From contig NC_058386.1 of the NCBI RefSeq assembly GCF_018350175.1, positions 125,922,001 through 125,986,000 of the forward strand: a stretch of 64,000 nt of DNA. The letters are read 5' to 3'. Shown one piece after another: positions 1-10,064 of this stretch (its first letter is position 1; each line of letters opens with the position of its first letter). The notes beneath the pieces were generated by a model. That model had not been told where the DNA came from and searched no databases. It saw nothing but the letters and a program-made list of their open reading frames with translations. A program made the position numbers and the translations under genes. The stretch is from Felis catus. Taxonomy: Eukaryota.

Positions 1-694
1 AAGCTGGCTCTCACAGGGGCACATTAAGCCCTGGCTTGTACCCACCCCACACCCTCCCTTCCTGTGCCTCATCTCCGGCAGCCCTAATTGAGGAGGGGCG
101 GGCCCTTCATAGGCCTGGGAGGAGCCACCACTCTGTAGTGGGGACTCCACGCGAGCTCTCACCCCTTCCTCGCCCTGGCCCAAGAGGGACAGCAGGAGCC
201 TGGCTGGGGAAAGGAGTCAAGCTGTGCCACAAAAAAGCTGCGTGATCTTCAGTCAGCCCCGCCTATCTCTGGCCTCAGTTTCCCCACTTATGAAATGGAG
301 CTGAGCTACCTGATCTCCCACAGCCCTGCCACCTAGTAAGGTGGGCCCTGTGGGGGCAGAGGCAGGCAGGGGTTGAGGGGGATGGCCAAGCTGAGGACCC
401 GCCTGGGAGGGTCCAGGCCCTCAGGGGCTGGGGGGTAGGAGTCTTGGGGACAGACCTGGGAGGGCAGGGACAGGAAAGGCAGCACAGGAGGCCAGGGGAC
501 TACTTCCCGCCGCCACAGGCAGGAGGCCAGGAGAGGCACGTGGGGGAGGAGAGGGAGAGGAAGTCCCCTCCTGGGCAGGTCACTCCCAGAGGCCGGGCTG
601 GGGCGGGGCAGGCGATGGAGAGCAGATCCGAGCTCTCGGGCCACCTTCTGCGCCTGCCACTGCCCAGCTGCCCGGAGCCCAGACAGCCCAGCCA

Positions 695-1165
695 GGTAAG
701 GGGCTTCGAGGGGCCCCGGGGACATGCCGGCCTCTCCCTGGCCAGCCCCAGCCCTCGGATGGCCACCTCTCCTGGCCTCTGTCGGGCCGCAGGGGGAGGA
801 CACGGTGAGGGGGAGGGTCTGCGTGTCTGCTCCAGGTCTCGTGGGCTGACGAGGTGGGTCCTAGGGCTCGTGCGTCTGTGTTACCCTGCCCGGTACTGAG
901 AGGGGCACAGCGGGCCCTGAGGTTCACGTCTGGCTCAGGGGACCAGACCTCACCAACCTTGATCTGGCTAAGGGTGTACCCCCCCGAACCCCATCACGGG
1001 AACACACACACACGAACGTGCACACGCACACACGCAGCTGCACACAGGCTGGATCCCCACCCCCCCACCCCCCGCTGCCCCCCCCCCACAGACCTGTGTA
1101 GAAATGGGGCAGTGGGACTGGCCCCTCGGATGAGAGGCTGAGTGCGACACCCTGTCTCCTCCAGG
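695..1165 (+). other. AVPR2: Probable 5'UTR intron of AVPR2 (non-coding first exon ending at 695)
   Basis: Consensus donor CCAG|GTAAGG at 695/696 and acceptor ctgtctcctccag|GCGCTC at 1164/1165, 35 nt before the ATG. Confidence 0.65.
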
Positions 1166-1199
1166 CGCTCAAGACACCTGCCCGAGCTCCACCACGCTT

Positions 1200-2865
1200 A
1201 TGGCATCCAGCAGCACGTCTGGTAAGGCTCCAGCCCCTGGGCCCCTACCCATCCCCCACCAATCCCTCCACCGGGATGAGCCAGGTAGGTGGATCGGGGT
1301 CGGAGGAAGCAGAGAAGCCCCTCTTTCAGACATCTGCTTCACCTGCCTCTCCAGGCTGCCGACGTGGGGAGGGGAGGGGATGGCCCTGCGAGCTCCCGGG
1401 GAGGAGGGGGGAGGTTGGGAGACTGTGGCTGCCAGGAGCCGGGACACCGGAGGGAAGCAGGAGGCCCAGCTGGACGGCTGCTCAGGCCGCCGCCGGCTCC
1501 GCCTCTCCCGTTGGAACTTCCTCGGGCCCAGGTCCCCCTGCAGAGCGCGCGCCCTAACCTGGCCCTCTTCCTCCACCCCTGCCCAGCCGTGCCCCGGCCC
1601 CTCTCTCGACCTGTTCCACCTGGCAACGGCAGCAAGGAGGAGCTGTCGGATACCCGGGACCCACTGCTGGCCCAGGCGGAATTGGCCCTGCTCTCCACAG
1701 TCTTTGTGGCCGTGGCCCTGAGCAATGGCTTGGTGCTGAGCGCCCTAGTGCGCCGGGGCCGGCGGGGTCGCTGGGCGCCCATGCACGTCTTCATTGGCCA
1801 CTTGTGCCTGGCCGACCTGGCCGTGGCTCTGTTCCAAGTACTGCCCCAGCTGGCATGGGATGCCACCGACCGCTTCCGTGGGCCCGATGCCCTGTGCCGG
1901 GCAGTCAAGTACCTGCAGATGGTGGGCATGTACGCCTCCTCCTACATGATCCTGGCCATGACGCTGGATCGCCACCGCGCCATCTGCCGCCCCATGCTGG
2001 CATACCGCCACGGAGGCGGAGCCCGCTGGAACCGGCCGGTGCTGGTGGCCTGGGCCTTCTCGCTCATTCTCAGCCTGCCCCAGCTCTTCATCTTCGCCCA
2101 GCGTGACGTGGGAGACGGTACTGGGGTCCTTGACTGCTGGGCCCGCTTTGCTGAGCCCTGGGGCCTCCGAGCCTATGTCACCTGGATCGCCTTAATGGTG
2201 TTTGTGGCGCCTGCCCTGGGCATCGCTGCCTGCCAGGTGCTCATCTTCCGGGAGATTCACGCCAGCCTGGTGCCGGGGCCGGCAGAGAGGGCCAGGGGCT
2301 GCCGTGGGGGGCGCCGGACAGGCAGTCCCAGTGAGGGGGCCCGGGTGTCAGCAGCCATGGCCAAGACCGTGAGGATGACGCTGGTGATCGTGATTGTGTA
2401 CGTGCTGTGCTGGGCGCCCTTCTTCCTCGTGCAGCTGTGGTCGGCGTGGGACCCCGAGGCGCCCCGGGAAGGTGGGTGTGGCTGGGGCTGGGGCTGGGGC
2501 TGGGGCTGCAGGGGGGCCGTTCGCGCTCGGCCGCACACGCACCTTTACCCCCACCGACGCACGTGCTCACGTGGACCGCCATTCCCTAGGGGCAGGAGGG
2601 GCTGCCGCGCCCCTGCACGGGCACTCTTGGCCCCAGCCCGGACCCTTCCACCCCCACAGGGCCCCCCTTCGTGCTGCTGATGTTGCTGGCCAGCCTCAAC
2701 AGCTGTACCAACCCCTGGATCTATGCCGCCTTCAGCAGCAGCGTCTCCTCTGAGCTGCGCAGCCTGCTCTGCTGGGCCCGGAAACGGGCCCCCCCCAGCC
2801 CGGGGCCCCCCGAGGAGTCCTGCGCCACCGGCAGCTCCTTCCTGGCCAAGGACACTTCCTCCTGA
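1200..2865 (+). CDS. AVPR2: Vasopressin V2 receptor (class A GPCR), 3 coding exons, 370 aa
   Basis: Exons 1200-1221 (ATG...TCT G|gtaagg), 1587-2471 (ccag|...GAA G|gtgggt), 2660-2865 (acag|...TGA); total 1113 nt, in frame. Translation has NGS sequon, [17 protein letters not shown] (TM2), DRH (TM3), CWAPFF (TM6), NSCTNPWIY (TM7) and a Ser/Thr-rich tail. Confidence 0.98.
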
Positions 2866-3165
2866 CAAGCCAGGCGGCGCCTTCCTTCTAGAGGCTCTGC
2901 GACACTCAGCCACCTACCTGGAGCTGGCCCCGGGAGCCCCTGGGGAAAGGGGTCCCTCTGGGACTTGGCTGTGGCACTAAGAGCCAGAGGTCAGCTCCTT
3001 GGTGCTGGGTGTGGGGACAGGCTCCGGCGGCGGCAGCAGCGCGGTGGCACAGGGCTCCCACCCCAGCCGGTGCCTTCCCGGAGACGGAGGTCCCAAGGAG
3101 CCCAGGAGGAAGGAAAGGGGGCAGGGCCTCGCTCGCCCCCCTGGCCCTCCCCTCTCGCTCTCCTG

Positions 3166-3171
3166 AATAAA
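3166..3171 (+). terminator. AVPR2 polyadenylation signal AATAAA
   Basis: Only canonical AATAAA downstream of the AVPR2 stop (about 300 nt). Confidence 0.8.
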
Positions 3172-3434
3172 AGTTCCAGCTCATTTTCCACCCAGTGAGC
3201 CTCCTTGCATCGGGGTAACAGTGGTCGTAGGGCAGCGTGGAAAGACCTTCTGAGACTGCCCCCCTCAACACACTTGCACAGCTCGGGAACCCCCCATATG
3301 GGTGCAGGCCCCCAAACCACACGGTCTGGGCAAGGGCAACTCGGTGCTGAGCACCCGGCATCTGACCCTGCCACCGCCTGTGCAGCCTCCCGAGACAGAA
3401 AAGGGGCTCGCACGGAGGAGTCAGCGCACAGGTC

Positions 3435-3440
3435 TTTATA
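3435..3440 (-). terminator. Candidate ARHGAP4 poly(A) signal (variant TATAAA)
   Basis: Plus-strand TTTATA about 250 nt past the ARHGAP4 stop; I saw no minus-strand AATAAA between 2900 and 3692. Confidence 0.45.
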
Positions 3441-3691
3441 AACAGCGGCCAACGCCTGCCCACCTCCACCAGGCTGGCACCCTCAGCTGAGGCAGAGAGC
3501 AGCCTGGGCGCCCACCGCCCGACAGTCACCAATGAGCCCCTCAGCCTCGGCCTCCTTCCTCAGCTGCCTCCCAAAGGGGCCCGAGCCGGGGCTAGGACAG
3601 GCAGGGGGGCGTTGGGGCGGCTGTACCTTCCTCAGCAGAGGGGACAAGAGCAGGAGCCCAGCGCTTGCTGGACAGGCCAGGGAGCAGCGCA

Positions 3692-6600
3692 TCAGTGCTT
3701 GAGGGGTGAGTCCAGGCCCTGGGGATGGGACAACGCGGGTGACGCCAGGGCCCCGGGGCCGCGGGAGAAGCCTTTGTTCTTGCCAAGGCGGCTGCAGGCT
3801 GGAGGCTTCGCGTTGCCGGGTCCGGGGCTGGGGGAGCCGGCGATTGCCGGCCCGAGGCCCTGGCGGGCAGAGGTCTTTCCCAAGAGCTCCTTGAACACGG
3901 AGTCCATGGTCTGTGCCACGGCCTAGAGGAGAGAAGAGAAAGGGAGGGCATCTGTTGGGAGCCGCCCCACCTGCCCTGCCCGGTTTCTCTTCTGTGGCCG
4001 TCACAGCTGCCTCTGGGGACAACAATTCCTCAGCCCAGCCCCGAAGCGGGGACCCCTTCGGCCGAGGCCCAGATCTCCCCTCTTCCTCTCATACCCACTG
4101 TCTCCCTGGCCTCCCGGACGGTGCCCACCCGCACCCCACCCGGCCCTGCCCGCCACGCGCCTCCCCTGGGGTCTCCCGGCTGCCCTACCCCACCCTTACC
4201 CCTTGGCTCCGGCCCCTCGGGCATTTGCGTCTGTGTGGCCCAGCTCCCCGCCTTGCCCCCGGACTCCGAGGCCTGGCCACCGGGCCACAGCTGGCACGCA
4301 GCCAGTCCCCGCTCTCACCTTGTCTACCTCCACATATCGCTCCGGGGAGGTGGGGACCAAGCAGTGCCGCCTGTGCCCAGCGGGACCCCCGGGTGTGCCC
4401 AGAGGGGCCTCAGGTGGGGTGCATGGCTCTGGCCTGCAGGGGACGGACAGTGAGCCTGGCGGCACCTCCTCCCGTGCCAGGGCACGGCCAAGGCAGGGGG
4501 AACAGCGAGGCTGGCCCGGTGGGTCCCTCCTGCCCTCCTCTGGCGTCCCTCAGCCGGACGGCCCTCCCCCACCGGGCCCCTGTCCACGCGGCCACAGTCA
4601 GACCCCCGCCCCTTCTGACCGGGCGCGGCGCTCGGCTCCCCAACCGCAGTGCTCAGGCCGAGGTGAGCGAGGGGGGCCACCACGGCGAGTCCTCCCGAGG
4701 AACCACCTTTTCCTGGCTCACCGGTGGGCAAATTCTGTGGCCGGGAGGACGCCTGGACTGCTCAGCAGCTCCCCCGCAGCCTGTGGTCCCTGGCCGGCGG
4801 CTTGCTTCTCTGCACTGGGGTCAGAGAGACAACCTGTTGGGAGCGCCCATTCCGGGGGCAGGCCCCGGGGGGCCGGCCGGCTGGGGAAGCAGGGACTCGG
4901 GGCAGGGGACGAGCCGAAAAGCTGGCTGAGCGACAGGCGGCCCACTCACCCCGCGGGCAGCGTGATGTACTTGTGCGGGATGAGTCCCCGGGTGCCCGCG
5001 CGCTCGCCCCGCCACCAGTCGCCCGAGGCCCGCTCGAGCAGCCGCAGCACATCCCCGCGCTGGAAGCTCAGCTCCTGGGCCGTGCGGCCCGTGTAGGCAA
5101 AGCAGGCCACGGCCTCCACGGCCCCCTCCAGGTCTGGGGAGAAAAGGGAGTCCGAGCTGGGAGGCGGAGCGGGCGGGCGCCCAGGAGGCCGGGCCCTCCT
5201 CGTCTCGCAGCTCCCTCACTCACCGTCCTCCTGGGCCGGGGTCCCGGCTTCCAGCTCCGGCTCGTTCTCCCCCGCCAGGCCCTCCAGGTGGGCGTCCCTG
5301 AGGTCAGAGGGAGGCGTCTGAGTAGGTGACGGGGTTCCCCGGTGCTCGGCTCCCGAGCCGGGCCCGCCAAGAGCCTACCCCAGGCAGCTGGTAGAAGGCG
5401 GTGCCATGCACTTCTCATAGACGGGGCCAGGCAGCAGGCTCACGGGCGGGAAAACCCGCGACGGCTGCACGATGAGCGTCTGCACCAGCTGGTTCACCCG
5501 GCCCTGCAGGGCCACCGGGTCCTGCCCCGCGGGCACGGGCAGCAGTGTCGGCCCGAAGCACACGGCCAGGTTGTAGGGGTCCATCATGTTCTCGTCGCTG
5601 TACTGAGCCAGGCTGGGGAGCACACACGGGTCGCGGGCAGGGAGCTCCCCGCCCGGTGTCCCCTGCACCCCCACAGGCAGCCCTCCTCGTCCCCTAAGGA
5701 GCACTCACTGGTTGAGGAAGGTGAAAAGGTAACGCAGGACCACCAGCACGGGTCTGGGCAGCCGGGCCAGCAGTTGGCTCACGAGCTCCACCCGCTCCGC
5801 CACGGCCTCCAGCTCTGTGGCCCCGGCCACCGCCCGAGGAGAGGAGCGCGTGAGTGTGACCACGGCCACCAGAGAGCGGCCCCTGCCCCCCACCCCCCCA
5901 GCCGGCCTCAGGCCCCGGCCTCACCTGCAGAAGCCAGCAGGTCCGCGAACAGGTCCGGCGGGAAGAGCGGGGGGTCCAGGCTCCGGAAGTAGAGCTTCAG
6001 CACCCCAGCCACGGAGTCCAGGTCGTGGGCCGTACAGCCTTCCACCAGTGGGTCCTCCCCTGAGGGTGACCGAGGGAGCAGAAGGCCGATCGCAGCGGCT
6101 CTAGCTAGCCCCCACACCCACCCCATCCTGCCGGTCCCTACCTCTCTCGAAAGCGTCGCGGATCTCTGAGACCCGGAGCTGGGCACCTGACACCCGGAAG
6201 ATGCCCTCGTGCTGCAGGCCTGAGGGAGGATGAGAGCGGACAGGCGCTGAGTCCCGCCCCCCACCCCGCCAGGCTCCGGTGCCGGGTGCCGGGCGCCAGG
6301 CCGGCAGTAGGAGGGCCCGGGGGTGGCTTACCATTCAGGTTAATGAAGCGGACACAGCTCTCCACCACCAGGGGCACCGGCTGGCCTGAGCTCTGGGAAC
6401 AGAGAGGGTGTTCACGTCACTGTCCCTCCTTGTCATCTGCTCACTTGTATTTGCTCTTAACGATCCATTATGGCTATCGGCAACGACGTGTGGCACGCGG
6501 TTTGTGAGAGTCGCTCCCACGTGTCTGATATCCCTGGGGCCATTCTAGGCCTTACACTGTTTGCTGCTTAAAGTTGGCCGGTAAAAGCACAACCGGATTC

Positions 6601-9600
6601 TCTACGTTGACCTGGAATCAGGTGACATTGCAAAACTCAAATTTGTTCGCTTAAGTAGCCCCCTGCTTCTTCTCAATACGTACAAAGTGCGTCATCACGT
6701 CATAAAGAAGGCTAGTGCTATTTCTTCTTTTCAGGCCTTTCTCGCCTCCCTCATTTCGCTTTCTAGGGTCCCCAGTACCGTGCTGGCCAGAAGTGGGGCT
6801 TGTGGGCTCAACTCGTTGCGCATCCCCGCCCGAGGCTTTCTGTAGGTGGCTGGTACTAGTGAAAGATGTTCCCTTCCATCAGTGGAGGCCGGACAAGGCC
6901 CATCCAGGAAGGGACAGTTGGCCGGTCATCGGCAACGGAGGACACGGGAGCCCCGGGCTGGACAGAAACCAACATGCGGGGGAGGGCCTGAGCGCGGCTG
7001 CACTGTGAGGCAGGGCCAGTACCTGGATAAACTTCTCCATGTCTCCCCCGAAGAGCTTCTGGTTATACTGGGAGCTGGGGCGGGGCTGGCGGCTCTTCTG
7101 GAGTTTTCTCTGTGTGTACTGGGTCCTGGGGGGCAACGGAAGCTGGCTCGGAGGGGAGGGGGCATGGAGAACAGGATGTCCCGCCCCCTAGCCGAGGCAA
7201 ACGGGGCCCTGGAGCCCGCGAGGTATTCCAGAACCCGATGGGCAAAGCGGAGACTTGAAGCCGCGGGACAATGCGCAGCAGAGGCGGGCCGCAAGGAGGC
7301 AGGGTGCGGACACTGAAGCCTGGCCCCCGCGGCACCGCAACTCCTCCGAAGCAGCCCCGCGTGAAGCACTCACCGAGACGCCTCCCACTCCTCCTTGTCA
7401 CCTGGGGACGAGAAAACATTGCTGTACGTCTTGGGCCGGCAGGTCCTTAATGCACCGCACAGAGAAAGGGATGGCCCGAAGGTCAAGGGTGGTGGCCAGA
7501 TAGGGGCCGGGACCCTTGCCCGGCTAGCCCCTGCATGCCAACCAACCTCTCTGGGCAGAGAGGAACGTGGGCTGGCTGGGGTTCCCAGGCAGGAGGGCTG
7601 AGGGCAGGTCCCATTCCTGGCCCTGGGGGTGGGGAGGAAGCAGCCAAGGGCCGGGACGGGGACCCACCTCGCTGAATGGCCTCCTGCAGTTTCTCATGCT
7701 TGGCCTGCAGCTTGGCGAGGATGCTTCGTCCACTCAGGTACTCCTGGAGCTTCTGGGAAGCCCCAAGAAGAGCCCAGAGCTGTAATCCCTGCTCCGGGCC
7801 CTTCCAGCGCCCTGCCCCTGCCCCTGCCCCTGCGCCCCCGGGGCCGCACCGTGACGTAGAAGGTCTCAGTCTCCTGCTGCTGGCCCCGCCTCCGGCCAGC
7901 CTGCCGAGAACCCGGATCCGAGCTGGTGGACTTGAGGGACTCGGTGGAGGGGCTGGCTTGGAAAGAGTCAAGCGCGTCCCCGTCTTCCGACGCCACCACC
8001 TCCAGTAAGGCCTGCAGCGTGGCCTTCAGAGTCTTGCTCACCTAAGGAGGAGACGGCACCAGGGGAGGAAGCAATGGGGCACAACCGAGGGACAGGAAGT
8101 CCAAGTCAGAAGGGAAGGGGAGGGCAGGCCACGGCCACCTGGCTCCACGTCTTCAGTCCCGAGTCCCCGCCGGAGCGCACATACCTCCTCCGTCTCGATG
8201 GTCTGTCGGTCCAGGCGGCTCTGGATATTCTGGGCCCTGGGCAGGATCTCGTCCCGCAGTTCTATTTCCACCTGGATCTCGGCCACCTGTGTGGGGCAGC
8301 GTCCAGGGCACTGAGGGCTGAGCCTGGGGACAGAAAGCTCAGACGTGGAAGTGGGGCTGGGCAGTGGGCGCGAGGGAGGCATGCACGTTTCCTCTGCCTC
8401 GGCGGCTGCTGTCCAGAACCACCGATCCGCGCGCCATGATACACCCGCTCCGGAAGACGCTAAGGGCCCCTCCCCAAGAGACAGGAGCACGCATGTGTGA
8501 AGACGCGGGGGGCAGCATTCCTCGTAACAGCCCCCAGACAGGAGCAGCCCGAGCATGTACCAGCAGATGAGAGGGTAAGCAAGTGTGTCACATCCGTACA
8601 GTGTAATGTCACTCAAGCCACAAAAACGAACGATGTCCTGGCTGCCCCACGCTATGATGCAGGTGAGCCCGGAAGACATTCTGCTAAGTGAAAGAAGCCA
8701 GACAGAAAAGGCACATGTCGTATGCTTCCGTGTACATACAATTCCAGAAGAGGCAAATCCACAGAGACAGAAAGCAGATGAGCGAGGGGCGCCTGGGTGG
8801 CTCAGTCGGTTGAGCATCCGACTCTTGATTTCAGCTCAGGTCACAATCTCACAGTTTGCGAGTTCGAGCCCCGTGTCGGGCTCTGCCCTGGCGATACAGA
8901 CCTGCTTGGGATTCTCTCTCCCCCTCTCTTTCTGCCCCTATCCTGCTCTCGTGCATACTCTCTCTCCCAAAAATAAATAAACATTAAAAAAAAACACATC
9001 ATAAGGAGAATGGAAAGTTACACAGTGAGATGAGTGGGTGCCAGGAACTGGGGAGTGACTGCTTAATGGGTCCAAGGTTTCTTTTTAGGGGTGAACGTGT
9101 TTTGGAAGGAGATAGTGGTGATGGTTGTGTAACTCTGCATATATTCTAGAACCCACTGAATTGCACACTTTAAATGGGTAGATGACATGGTATGTGGCTC
9201 ATACCTCAATAAAGCAGTTCATTATTTCTTTAAGTTTATTTATTTTGAGACAGGGCAGTGGGGAGCAGAGAGAGAGGGAGACAGAGAGAATGTCAGGCAA
9301 TCCTCTGCACTGTCAGTACTGAGCCCGATGAAGGGCTCAAAGTCATGAGCCATGAGATCGTGACCTGAGCCGAAGTCGGACACTCAACCGACTGAGCCAC
9401 CCAGGCGCCCCCTGGAAGAGATTTGCACACTTGTGTTCACTGCAGGAGGACTCACAGCAACCAAAAGAAGGAACCAACCCAAGTGTCTATCAACGGATGA
9501 ATTGATAAGCAAAATGTGATCTGTCCACAGAGTATAACATTATTCAGCCTTAAAAAGAAAGGAGGGGCTCAGTCCTGGGTGGCTCAGTCCGTTAAGCGTC

Positions 9601-9994
9601 CGACTTTGGCTCAGGTCATGATCTCACCATTCGTGAGTTCGAGCCCCACATCAGGCTCGGTGCTGACAGCTCAGAGCTTGAAGCCTGCTTCAGATTCTGT
9701 GTCTCCCTCTCTCTGTTCCTCCCCTGCTCGCACTCTGTCTCTCTCTCTCTCTCAAAAATAAATAAAGATTAAAAAAAAATTAAAAAAGAAAAAAAAAGAA
9801 AGGAGATCCTAGGTGGCTCAGTCGGTTAAGCACCAGGCTCTTGATTTTGGCTTAGGTCACGATCGCACAGTTCATGGGATCGAGCCCCAAATCGTACTCT
9901 GCAGAGACAACACAGAGCCTCCTTGGGATTCTCGGCCTCTCTCTCTCTGCCCCTCCCCAGCTCGAGCTCTTTCTCTCTCTCTCAAAATAAACAT

Positions 9995-10064
<70 letters not shown>

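Noticed and set aside
1-1100. ORFs upstream of AVPR2 as possible L1CAM or novel gene
   Set aside because: Pro/Gly/Arg-rich GC artefacts without Ig/Fn3 or other recognisable motifs.
1289-1586. N-terminal 99-aa extension of the 463-aa AVPR2 ORF
   Set aside because: Starts at a GTG inside intron 1; the real exon-2 acceptor is at 1586/1587.
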